Origin: a virus
Taxonomy: Duplodnaviria; Caudoviricetes
Direction: 5' to 3' (one strand)
Length of the DNA: 64,000 nucleotides
Virus record (IMG/VR): IMGVR_UViG_3300035208_003131
Span: 1 to 64,000 of that record
The notes below the pieces were generated by a model. The model saw only the letters and a program-made list of their open reading frames with translations, searched no databases and had not been told where the DNA came from. The position numbers and the translations under genes were made by a program. This document shows positions 38,513 to 47,866 of this stretch, one piece after another; positions within the stretch are counted from its first letter, which is position 1; each line of letters begins with the position of its first letter.

Positions 38513-39743
38513 TTTTATTTGTCCATTCGATTAGTTTCTGTTTTCTAAAAATAGAAAACTTTTCATGATCGTAGGACATTTTTTTTATAATTAATTGATT
38601 TTCAAGTTGCATATATAATTTCGTAGGTGAAGAATACATAAGCTGAATTGCATCAACTTTAGTTCGACTAACCATTTCTTGGAATATATCCGAATCAATT
38701 TCAATTTTTTCATCTGAAAGCATAGCTAAATCAGTTCGAACTGAAATTGTATATCGACCATCAATTCCACAAGTTAAATCAGCCTCACCATCACTTACTT
38801 TTTCAATCGTGAGCATTGATATATTAGACTGTTTATTGAGTCTATTAATAAGCTTCATTGTCGATTCAAGTAGCTCCGCATCTATGATGAAATAACGTTT
38901 ATTATTATCTTCATTAAATGTATAAACTTCATGCTTTTCAGTAAGTCTATAATAAAATTCATAATCATCAGTACTTAACATTACAACATCATTGTCATAT
39001 AAATTAAATACAAGATCATATATATGACCAGTACTAATCATTAACTGAAAAATATTCATTGGGATGTAAATTGACACATCAGTATCATATACTTCATCGT
39101 CGGTTTGTTTAATTGACAATTCACTTATGAACCCATTATAATCGGCTTGGTATTTAAGTTTACCATTCTCAACTATAATATTTACCCCATCAAGATTATT
39201 CTCAACATTCAATTCACTCATAATAGTATGAAATGTAATTGCGTTCATTGTAATACTTGTAATCTTTTTAGATTTGCATTCAGTGATTGCAGGAGTTGCA
39301 CCAGTACCTTGGATCTTAAATCTAATTTCAAGTTCGTCGATACCTTTTTCTTCATTATAAAAACTATTAAGAACAAGTTCGTTGTCCTCTTCATCAATCC
39401 AAAATGTAATTAATTCATCCGGGCAGTTTTCAATTGCGTTGTATAAATCATACATATTAACAGATACACCCCTTTCAAGAATTGCACCTGATACTTTATC
39501 ATGTGGATGTATTTCACTCCACATACCATTATCATCAGTAAACCTAATAACCTTAAGTTCACTACCATCTATTTCTCGTGAGAAGCAATCCATATGGATA
39601 AGAGCACATTCAGCACTCGATTCATCGGAAAGGCCGCTCGCAAAATGTTTTAATCGATTTGCTATATTACTAAAAGGACTTACAACCATCATAATTGGGT
39701 TGAATTCACCTTCTACTGTATCATTTTTTTCTATTTCGTTCAT
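38505..39743 (-). CDS. DnaN (beta-clamp)-like three-domain processivity factor, divergent
   Basis: 412 aa with three DnaN-like domain patterns: GVSVNMYDLYNAIENCPDELITF; LDGVNIIVENGKL...IYIP...EFYYRL; FIIDAELL...IEIDSDIFQEM...SSP. Confidence 0.6.
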   Translation of the reverse strand: MNEIEKNDTVEGEFNPIMMVVSPFSNIANRLKHFASGLSDESSAECALIHMDCFSREIDGSELKVIRFTDDNGMWSEIHPHDKVSGAILERGVSVNMYDLYNAIENCPDELITFWIDEEDNELVLNSFYNEEKGIDELEIRFKIQGTGATPAITECKSKKITSITMNAITFHTIMSELNVENNLDGVNIIVENGKLKYQADYNGFISELSIKQTDDEVYDTDVSIYIPMNIFQLMISTGHIYDLVFNLYDNDVVMLSTDDYEFYYRLTEKHEVYTFNEDNNKRYFIIDAELLESTMKLINRLNKQSNISMLTIEKVSDGEADLTCGIDGRYTISVRTDLAMLSDEKIEIDSDIFQEMVSRTKVDAIQLMYSSPTKLYMQLENQLIIKKMSYDHEKFSIFRKQKLIEWTNKND

Positions 39744-39784
39744 GTAGACCTCATTTATGTATAATATATTTTTTTATACATAAC

Positions 39785-39813
39785 AAAAAAGAGAGAATTT
39801 ATATTCTCTCTTT
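39785..39813 (-). terminator. Intrinsic terminator
   Basis: A6, GAGAGAAT-TTAT-ATTCTCTC, TTT. Confidence 0.75.
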
Positions 39814-39837
39814 ATTTTTTATATGACACTACTTTAA

Positions 39838-41409
39838 TTAAGCATTAGGAAATTCATTTAATTCCTTTCCATCAACATCAGATTCAACTTCTTTACGTAG
39901 TGCGTCGTCATCGGCATCCTCATCCTCAGTTGCATCTGATATCTCGGTAAATATATCGTCAATTTCACCGTCATCAGAAGTTGTGTCATCAATGAATTCA
40001 TCGAACTCACCTAGACCATCGAAATCTTTTTCCTTTTCACCACCCATTTCTTCAAAATCATCAAACATTTCATTATCCAACGCATCGCTTACGTCTTCAT
40101 CGCCACGCATACCTGGAAGTTCCGCTTGTAACCATGAATCAAATTGACCATCATCAAGTGAAAGTTTTTCTTCGATTCTATCAAGATCTTCTTCTTTCAA
40201 TTCAATTGAATCAAGTGAAGGATATACTTTCAAAAATTTGTCGATGATTTCTGAATTTGCATCATTTTTTATACCAGCACTTCCGTTAAGAATCTCATCA
40301 GATGTAAGTAGAACACCTTCACCGTCTTGCATTTTAGTTGCAACACTTGCAGCTACAAGTTTTTGCATTGAATCAAGTGATGAATTTAACCAATCACTTT
40401 TTTCTCTAAATGCCATAAAGTTTACATCTTCTTCAGTTGTGAATTCATCGCCAGTGTCGTTAACACCTTTATCTCCACCTTCATCTCCACCACCGATACC
40501 ACCGATACCACCAGCACCACCAATATCATTAAATCCAGACATATCAACATCCGAACCAAAGTCCATGTCATCGCCTTCCATTGAGAAATCAGCTTCACCA
40601 AATTCTTCCGAGTTTACGTCAGCCGCATCACCACCAACATCACCACCAAGCTCATCAACACCTTCTTCAGCATCTTCTAAGCCAAGGTCCTCTTCATCGT
40701 CTGTAGCCTCTACAAGAGACATTAGAGCGGCCATACGCCTAACATCAACAGATTCACCAATTCCAGCACCAGCAACCCAGTTAGGAGACATATCTGTCAT
40801 CCCACCGCTTTTATTACTGATATAGTATTCATCATCATAATCACCTAAACCCATAGCTTCTTTTGATTGAATCATCTCATCAACTTGAGTAAGGATTGAA
40901 GCACCGAAGTTACTAACATATGCTTCGTCTTCTAAAGACAATTCATAAATATTATCATCAACATCATCAACAGATAATTTTACAGTGATTTTATCATTAG
41001 CATTTGGATACATTAATTCAATATGTACAGATTCACCCGCACGTGTCATACCTAATTTGGCATGAGTCTTATCAAGAACAAGACTTCCAAGATCTAAACG
41101 GAACGCATTTGGTTGACTATTTTCAAGGATAGCAGATTCAGCAAGTAATTTCGTACTGATATCTTTCATATCACTTTGTTGTGGCTTCCAAGTACTTTCA
41201 AATTTGATTGTAGAACCTGGATTAGCTAAACTTGTATTCAAGTTTTTACGAGAGTCATCAAGCAATTGACCCTTTCCATCCGGAGTAGGCATAAAATTAC
41301 CAATTTTCTTAAGAAAATCGGTTTTCTCAAATGCGTGATTATTTTTAGGGCCATTGTCAATCTTTTGATTTTGCAACGCACCTAATATATCATTTTTATT
41401 CATTTTCAT
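39838..41409 (-). CDS. Very acidic protein, possible prohead core/scaffold
   Basis: 523 aa, D/E/G-rich; upstream TATAAACTA at 41439. Confidence 0.7.
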   Translation of the reverse strand: MKMNKNDILGALQNQKIDNGPKNNHAFEKTDFLKKIGNFMPTPDGKGQLLDDSRKNLNTSLANPGSTIKFESTWKPQQSDMKDISTKLLAESAILENSQPNAFRLDLGSLVLDKTHAKLGMTRAGESVHIELMYPNANDKITVKLSVDDVDDNIYELSLEDEAYVSNFGASILTQVDEMIQSKEAMGLGDYDDEYYISNKSGGMTDMSPNWVAGAGIGESVDVRRMAALMSLVEATDDEEDLGLEDAEEGVDELGGDVGGDAADVNSEEFGEADFSMEGDDMDFGSDVDMSGFNDIGGAGGIGGIGGGDEGGDKGVNDTGDEFTTEEDVNFMAFREKSDWLNSSLDSMQKLVAASVATKMQDGEGVLLTSDEILNGSAGIKNDANSEIIDKFLKVYPSLDSIELKEEDLDRIEEKLSLDDGQFDSWLQAELPGMRGDEDVSDALDNEMFDDFEEMGGEKEKDFDGLGEFDEFIDDTTSDDGEIDDIFTEISDATEDEDADDDALRKEVESDVDGKELNEFPNA

Positions 41410-41438
41410 AACGTAACCTAAATTATAACAGTTATTAT

Positions 41439-41447
41439 TAGTTTATA
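41439..41447 (-). promoter_or_regulatory. Putative late promoter TATAAACTA
   Basis: Exact motif 29 nt upstream of ATG 41409. Confidence 0.7.
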
Positions 41448-41498
41448 AATAACTGATTTTGGCGTATTATTAAATGATTTTAAAATGAATTTGGTGTA

Positions 41499-42350
41499 TT
41501 ATTCAATGATGTCGAAATTATTTTGACTTTGTGATGTACTTTCAGTTGCTCCAATAAACACTTCAATATCATCTTTACCATCAACGGCAACTTTACCAAA
41601 AGCTTTGAACCCAACTAAATTACGATTCTCACCAGTATATCTAAGTTCAACCTCGAAATCTATTTTAAAATATGACATAAAATTAAAAATACGAGCGGGA
41701 AACTGTCTAAATTTATCAATACCATCAGACGCAAGTACCGTACTGTTATTAATCTTACATTTCACAGGATCAATCTGACGGGTAACTTGTTGACGTTCAA
41801 TACCACGCATATAGAATGATACATCAGTGTTTACAGTTACTCCGAAAAATTCACAACCTTTCATTAATTTAATATCATTAGTTAATTTATCCAAATCATC
41901 TTGAGTTACAATAAAAGATGATACTAATTCCATTGGATCTTTATCACGAGAAATAGGAACTTTTTTGTCTCGTTTAGTTTCAAATCGAGTGGGGTCAGCC
42001 ACAATCATGCGATACTTAACATACTCATCATTCAGCACAACACATTCAAATGATTTACCTTTAGTCGAAGTTTCAGTAGCAATATTGATATCACCAACTT
42101 TCGGATAATTAATGGCTTTGATATAATCCATTAATTCACCAATATTAGCAACACCGAACTCATTTTGATATGTAGCATGTTGGTCACTTGTTTTTACATG
42201 AACCAACGCTCCCATATCCATCAAAGATATCATTGATGAATTATCTTCTTTAAAAAAAAGAATTTCATTTTTCTTTGTACCTTTAGATACTTTTAGAAAA
42301 TTTTTTAAAACTTCAATATATTCATCCGAGAATTTTATTCCATTTGACAT
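41499..42350 (-). CDS. 45: Sliding clamp, gp45-like
   Basis: IKFSDEYIEVLKNF resembles T4 MKLSKDTTALLKNF; EFGVANIGEL resembles the family EFGIYDL motif; two-domain size. Confidence 0.75.
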   Translation of the reverse strand: MSNGIKFSDEYIEVLKNFLKVSKGTKKNEILFFKEDNSSMISLMDMGALVHVKTSDQHATYQNEFGVANIGELMDYIKAINYPKVGDINIATETSTKGKSFECVVLNDEYVKYRMIVADPTRFETKRDKKVPISRDKDPMELVSSFIVTQDDLDKLTNDIKLMKGCEFFGVTVNTDVSFYMRGIERQQVTRQIDPVKCKINNSTVLASDGIDKFRQFPARIFNFMSYFKIDFEVELRYTGENRNLVGFKAFGKVAVDGKDDIEVFIGATESTSQSQNNFDIIE

Positions 42351-42403
42351 ACAAACTCCTTATATGTCTGTAAATATACCAATTCATTTGGAAAATTGGG
42401 AAT

Positions 42404-42433
42404 AAAAAAAGCGACCTTCGTGCGAAAGTCGCT
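42404..42433 (-). terminator. Intrinsic terminator
   Basis: On the - strand: GCGACTTTC-GCAC-GAAGGTCGC followed by T7. Confidence 0.75.
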
Positions 42434-42474
42434 ATAAATATATTATATTGTGTAGCATAGAATAATTTATTATA

Positions 42475-43065
42475 CTATTTATTATACTTTGCTTTATTTT
42501 TTACTTCATTTATCAATTCACGAACACCAGTAATATCATATTCAGATATAAATGCAGATATACCAGAAATTAAATTAGTTAATTCATCATCAGGTAAGTT
42601 TTTAAATAATTGTTTAAGAACAGTTAAAAATTTAGATTTGTCTTTAATAGTAATTTCAGTTGCAAGTTGTGGTACTTTACGAGACCCATCCATTGCACTC
42701 TTTAATTCATCACCACTTACATCATCAAGCCCAAGAGCCGAATTAATATGAGGAATTGTATCAACTGAATTAGACATAGAATCAGCTTCATTAATTTTTT
42801 TTAACTGTGATGTTAATAATTTATCAATCATACCGATATTACTATTAATTTGATTGATATCATAAGTACGATCAACACTTTCATTCATAGAAACTTGATG
42901 ATCCCCATAAGTATATAAATCGTTTACAGCACGATTGTACATTCCAATTCCATCATCGATAGGAGCATTTACATTATTTCCTAAATGAGTAGACATTTCA
43001 CCTTGAGTATTGTCTTCAATACCTAGACTTAGATCTTTAAGATCTTCAAATCCATTAATATTCAT
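42475..43065 (-). CDS. Hypothetical protein (probably late-expressed)
   Basis: 196 aa; upstream TATAAACTA at 43089. Confidence 0.7.
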   Translation of the reverse strand: MNINGFEDLKDLSLGIEDNTQGEMSTHLGNNVNAPIDDGIGMYNRAVNDLYTYGDHQVSMNESVDRTYDINQINSNIGMIDKLLTSQLKKINEADSMSNSVDTIPHINSALGLDDVSGDELKSAMDGSRKVPQLATEITIKDKSKFLTVLKQLFKNLPDDELTNLISGISAFISEYDITGVRELINEVKNKAKYNK

Positions 43066-43088
43066 ATTTAATTACCTGATATTTTATA

Positions 43089-43097
43089 TAGTTTATA
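43089..43097 (-). promoter_or_regulatory. Putative late promoter TATAAACTA
   Basis: Exact motif 23 nt upstream of ATG 43065. Confidence 0.7.
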
Positions 43098-44180
43098 TTA
43101 ACTAAAGATTGAACGAGGTAACATACTTTGCCACTTAGATGTAAAATATGATTGATCATTCATCATATCTTCATCATCTCTATGTCTAGTTACATTATCA
43201 AATTGCATGCATGATGATTTAATCTGAGCTGCAGCCAATCCACGAGACGCACATTGCATTGAAATATCAGCCATGTAATGATAAAACCCACCTACTATAT
43301 TCTCAGACATTTCAGTGAAATCCATTTGCATAAATGTTTCACCACGAACTGCAATAAATGGACCATGGACAATTAGAACTCGATTCTTTGGTTTAGTTTT
43401 AAATTCATGTCCAACGATAAAATCCCAATTGATATCATTGATTGCACCTTGAATATAACATCCACGAAAATTATGTACAGGAAATCCTTCAACATCATAC
43501 CATCGTCCAGACGCACGAATTTCTTGGAATCCATATGAACCAGCAATATGAGTAGTTGGGTTAAGTTCTTCAAGTCGTGTGATTAAATTACGGTCATTTA
43601 ACATCGACGAGTCATTACTAATAATGATCCACTTCGGTGCATTCGCTGGATTCTCACCACGAGCTGTTTTAATTTTTTCTTGAACTGTAATAAGGTGTTC
43701 AAATGCATTTTTCTTACTTGTATTTCCAAACCCAGGGATACCCATTAATATACGAGGACAAATATCGACACCATCTTTGTAAATTTCACTTCGATGTTGA
43801 TTCATCACAACATGAATAGCTCTATCACTTACAGCTTCAGCAAGGAATGCATGACTTCGTGTACTAAATTTACTTTGTTTACTTGATCTAATACCAAGTT
43901 CTTTTTTGGTTTTATTTATAGTCTTACGTTTCTTTGAAGCTTTCTTTTTCATCTTAGTGATTTTAACTTCTTTTACATCAGCAGCTTCTTCAATTGCTGC
44001 ATCGAATGCATCACCTATAACACCATCACCTTCAAAAAACTCACCATCACCTTCACCCTCGAAAGTATTACCCTCGATAAATTCAGGATTCATGTCTTTA
44101 TTAGTTCGATTGTTTAAAATTTCATCTGCTTGATTATCTATGTCAGCCATTGTTACCTCAAAAATATGGTCGGATTTCAT
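43098..44180 (-). CDS. Protein with charged N-terminus and GT-A-like (Glyco_tranf_2_5-like) C-terminal domain
   Basis: WIIISND...HIAGSYG...VLIVHGPFIAVR...FYHYMADISMQ. Confidence 0.5.
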   Translation of the reverse strand: MKSDHIFEVTMADIDNQADEILNNRTNKDMNPEFIEGNTFEGEGDGEFFEGDGVIGDAFDAAIEEAADVKEVKITKMKKKASKKRKTINKTKKELGIRSSKQSKFSTRSHAFLAEAVSDRAIHVVMNQHRSEIYKDGVDICPRILMGIPGFGNTSKKNAFEHLITVQEKIKTARGENPANAPKWIIISNDSSMLNDRNLITRLEELNPTTHIAGSYGFQEIRASGRWYDVEGFPVHNFRGCYIQGAINDINWDFIVGHEFKTKPKNRVLIVHGPFIAVRGETFMQMDFTEMSENIVGGFYHYMADISMQCASRGLAAAQIKSSCMQFDNVTRHRDDEDMMNDQSYFTSKWQSMLPRSIFS

Positions 44181-45393
44181 CCGTTCGTTTACTTTGGATT
44201 CTCATCTGCTCATAACGTTTTTTAAGCTTTTGCTTACGTTTCTTTTCACGATTACCATGAATAAGAGTGAGTAGTATTGATGCACCTTCTGATACCATAA
44301 TATACTTTTTTAAATCGTCTGATATAATAAAACCATTATTATCCAATCTAAATTTATTTGTATACATGACAGCATCATTCATATCTTTGATTTTACGTTC
44401 TTTCATCACACCATTTTCATCGGTGTAATATTGATATTGAGATAATGGAGTAATATCTCTCCAGTCAAACCACTTAAACCCAAGATCAACAGTTTTCGGA
44501 ATCTCATCGTATCCAGCTTCATCATTATCCCATATCACAGTACCATTATGAGCATGTTCAGCAATATGTGGAAATTGGTTTAAAAATGACATTAAATGCT
44601 TTGTTCCACCAAACGCAACTGAATTACGAACAAATGTAGAATCAATAGAACCTTCAAATAAAAAAAATGGTTCATTTACATTTAAAAAATCTCCGTTATA
44701 TAATTCTCTATCAGCACCTTCAAGGTTTCGATAACGAAGAAATGATTTTTCATTTAAATCACGAGCATCAAATTGAACCCAATCACCACCATATCTATAA
44801 TATGGAATAATTAAACGATTACCATATTCATTTCCAATTGGAATACCTTTATCATTATATATATAATTTCCATCGGGTCCTCTTACTATAAACTTAGAAT
44901 CCTTAAGGCATACATACCAGTGACTATAAATTGATTTAGGTATCTTACGACTAATACAATAATTAAGAGCTATTTTAGCAGTTGGGTGGGCATCAGTAAT
45001 TCCAATCAATTCACCTTTTTGGAATTTATATATATTAGTACCTTTAAACGTTGCTTCTTGTTTTGGAATTACTTTTTTAGTTTTTTTCTTCCAATCACTT
45101 CGATCAAATGCATGAAATAATACATTTCGATAAACATCATTATGTCGCTCTTTAAGGAATTTAAAAAAACTCATTGACCCACATTCATTATGACAATGAT
45201 ATATCCAATTACTATCTTTAAACAAAACGTAACCACGTTTAATATGTGGATTCTTTTTTGAATCACCACAAATTGGACATCTGAAATTATATGGAGTTGT
45301 ACCGGTACCACCACTTAAATTACAATCACCAAGTGTTTCCTTTACTGCGTCATGTAAAACGTAGTCAGGTATTTGTTCAAAATTAAACGCCAT
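44158..45393 (-). CDS. 61: DNA primase gp61
   Basis: Zn finger FRCPICGDS...YHCHNECG; TOPRIM FEGSIDS, DND, KDMND. Confidence 0.93.
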   Translation of the reverse strand: MAFNFEQIPDYVLHDAVKETLGDCNLSGGTGTTPYNFRCPICGDSKKNPHIKRGYVLFKDSNWIYHCHNECGSMSFFKFLKERHNDVYRNVLFHAFDRSDWKKKTKKVIPKQEATFKGTNIYKFQKGELIGITDAHPTAKIALNYCISRKIPKSIYSHWYVCLKDSKFIVRGPDGNYIYNDKGIPIGNEYGNRLIIPYYRYGGDWVQFDARDLNEKSFLRYRNLEGADRELYNGDFLNVNEPFFLFEGSIDSTFVRNSVAFGGTKHLMSFLNQFPHIAEHAHNGTVIWDNDEAGYDEIPKTVDLGFKWFDWRDITPLSQYQYYTDENGVMKERKIKDMNDAVMYTNKFRLDNNGFIISDDLKKYIMVSEGASILLTLIHGNREKKRKQKLKKRYEQMRIQSKRTDEIRPYF

Positions 45394-45616
45394 TTTCTTT
45401 TAAATCCTTAAGAGTATCCTCTATAAACTTTAAATATACAAAAGTTCTTAGATAATTAGAAAATATTCCATCAGATTTTAAAATATGCTTGTTATTATAA
45501 CCTCGCCCATATCGGCGAATTCGTGATAATCCTTCCATCTGGATAAGCTGTTTCGCAATACCATCATAGATGTCAAGTTCATTATTTATAGATTTTTTTA
45601 TATTTTTATGTTTCAT
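45383..45616 (-). CDS. Hypothetical small protein
   Basis: 77 aa; 3' end overlaps the primase start. Confidence 0.6.
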   Translation of the reverse strand: MKHKNIKKSINNELDIYDGIAKQLIQMEGLSRIRRYGRGYNNKHILKSDGIFSNYLRTFVYLKFIEDTLKDLKENGV

Positions 45617-45626
45617 TTATACCAAC

Positions 45627-45654
45627 AAAAAAGGAGAGGAATAATCCTCTCCTT
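45627..45654 (-). terminator. Intrinsic terminator after gene 32
   Basis: A6, GGAGAGGA-ATAA-TCCTCTCC, TT. Confidence 0.8.
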
Positions 45655-45678
45655 CTAAAATATATCATTTATAAATGA

Positions 45679-46752
45679 TTAGAACGGTAAATCATCATCA
45701 GCACTATCTGAAATCTCAGGTGCTGATTCAGTCACAGGTGTAAAATCAGTAGGAGCTGATACACTTGTATCATCACTATTCATATCAAACATATCATCAG
45801 ACTTCTCAGTCACCGCAGTGTTTCCACCTTCAGTGCCTTCGAAATATAATGATGCATCACCAGTTGAAACATTTTTCGCTGGAGCCGCAGTATTACCTGG
45901 AGCCGCACTGCGATTAGCTTGAACATCATTTGCAAGAGCGTTACGTTCTTTAGCTTCAACTAGAGCTACAAACTCATTATATTGATTCATTAATTCCTCA
46001 GATGTAGGCACATCACGATATTCACTAAGATCATGACATTGTTCAAGTACAGCCATTATATCTTCAGACGTTCCAGCTATATCACTTAAACCATCTTCAT
46101 CCCAATACGAATTATCGTATGTTGGCATATCATTTGATGGATTACGTTCAACAATAACAAAACGATCACGTCCATTGCGAGGACTATATGGAACAAATTT
46201 TTCTTTTGCTTTTTTAAATTTAGGTTTATCTTCACCGGGTTTAGACTCATCATCACGAAGAGGATCCATTAAAGTACTATTGATATGATCAGTGTGATCC
46301 CATTTTAATACTTTACCATCATTAACAGGTTTAGTCAAATCTTCACGAACAAGAATATTAATTACATGTCGAGTTGATGGAAGTCTACTCTTACCAAGAT
46401 CCATTAAAACTTTGTTGTTTTTATCTTTTCCCGCATTATAAATAGCCCATGCTGCTTCGCATATAGGACAAGCTTCATCAATAGTCTTACGACACGGTAC
46501 GTTTTTATAAATTTTATTTACAGGATCTTTAAGATAATGCATCATATATGATACAGATGCTGGGAGTTTATTTTTAACTCCGTTTAAACCCTGTGGTAGT
46601 AAACGAATCTTAGCTTCATATTCTTTTACATCTCTTCCAATTGTTGGTTTCCATAATGTAGGGTCTATTTGTTTACCGTTTCCAGAATCAGCGTTCTGTG
46701 CCTCGATAGCGGCAGCTTGATCAGTATCGATCGTTAAAAAATCTTCAGACAT
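45679..46752 (-). CDS. 32: Single-stranded DNA-binding protein, gp32-like
   Basis: WKPT...KIRLLP...CRKT...CPICE...NILVREDLTKPVNDGKV; acidic tail ending DDDLPF. Confidence 0.88.
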   Translation of the reverse strand: MSEDFLTIDTDQAAAIEAQNADSGNGKQIDPTLWKPTIGRDVKEYEAKIRLLPQGLNGVKNKLPASVSYMMHYLKDPVNKIYKNVPCRKTIDEACPICEAAWAIYNAGKDKNNKVLMDLGKSRLPSTRHVINILVREDLTKPVNDGKVLKWDHTDHINSTLMDPLRDDESKPGEDKPKFKKAKEKFVPYSPRNGRDRFVIVERNPSNDMPTYDNSYWDEDGLSDIAGTSEDIMAVLEQCHDLSEYRDVPTSEELMNQYNEFVALVEAKERNALANDVQANRSAAPGNTAAPAKNVSTGDASLYFEGTEGGNTAVTEKSDDMFDMNSDDTSVSAPTDFTPVTESAPEISDSADDDLPF

Positions 46753-46887
46753 TTTGTACTCCTTAGTGGTTGTATTTAACCGATTTATTTGTCATTTGTT
46801 TTTGTAAGTCTTAATTATAAGACATAAAGAAAGATACATCATTTGAAGTGACTTTATGAACTTTTTTTATGTCTTTATTAAATTTAA

Positions 46888-47541
46888 TTAGAGATTCATC
46901 TTAGCCTTCGTGGACGCAATTTTTAATTGTTCCGCATTAGCTTGTTCTTGTTTTTTCTGTTCAATGAACAAAACTTTTGATTCTTCAATTATATTCGAAA
47001 TATTGATCGAAGTTTCATATGAATTATCACCATGATATGCTTTCATTGCTCTATTTGCTTCATCGACAATCTTAGATTCAGGTAATGATAAATAACGTTT
47101 AGTCATATTTTCAATAATAGATAAATCAATAAATTTCTTATCATGTTCATTATCACCTTTAAGTGCTTCACCATAATCTTCAACTTCATCTCCATATGAA
47201 GAATTTGGATTGAAATCAGCCGCACCTAAATTAGCTTGATTCATAAACTCAGATGCTGCTGCCTCATCTAACACCTCGTCATCATTAAGTTTAACCTCTT
47301 CCGTATACTCTTCAGGTGCAGCCGTAACATGTTTCCCGATAAATGGATTGTTAGCACGATGAGCATCAAGCCATGATCCAAATTCTTTAGTTTTAACCGG
47401 AAGATTATTAATTGAACCTCCAGCATGTTCTACTATGTCAAACTTATCTACATCAGTTTGTACAGATTGACGTTCAATTTCAATCTCTTTATTGATTGAA
47501 GCAAATGCTTCCCCTTTTTTAATTACTTTCTTTCGGGCCAT
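46888..47541 (-). CDS. Hypothetical protein
   Basis: 217-aa ORF within the replication operon. Confidence 0.7.
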   Translation of the reverse strand: MARKKVIKKGEAFASINKEIEIERQSVQTDVDKFDIVEHAGGSINNLPVKTKEFGSWLDAHRANNPFIGKHVTAAPEEYTEEVKLNDDEVLDEAAASEFMNQANLGAADFNPNSSYGDEVEDYGEALKGDNEHDKKFIDLSIIENMTKRYLSLPESKIVDEANRAMKAYHGDNSYETSINISNIIEESKVLFIEQKKQEQANAEQLKIASTKAKMNL

Positions 47542-47866
47542 CGTTCATTTTCCGTGCTGCTGTGTTCATATGGTATGCCTCTTCCATTTCGGACTTAATA
47601 AGTATGGTAAGTTCAGGATCAAGCACATTTTGTACAAGTGGTTCCATATCAAAAAACTCTTGTAATGCTAAAATAATATGAAATAGTTTAACATCCTGAT
47701 CTTTATATCGATTATATACAATAGTAAGAGCGTAATTAAACTTTTCAGCATTTTTCTTAAATTTATGTTCTGGCATATATAATGTAAAGGGATCAATGTC
47801 ATCCGGTGACCTTTTAGTCATCAAAATTTCATTAATTTCTTTTACATAGTTGCGATCTAATGGCAT
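47519..47866 (-). CDS. Hypothetical protein, possibly gp33-like late-transcription coactivator
   Basis: Size, helical pattern (VLDPELTILIKSEM) and position among replication genes; weak. Confidence 0.3.
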   Translation of the reverse strand: MPLDRNYVKEINEILMTKRSPDDIDPFTLYMPEHKFKKNAEKFNYALTIVYNRYKDQDVKLFHIILALQEFFDMEPLVQNVLDPELTILIKSEMEEAYHMNTAARKMNDGPKESN

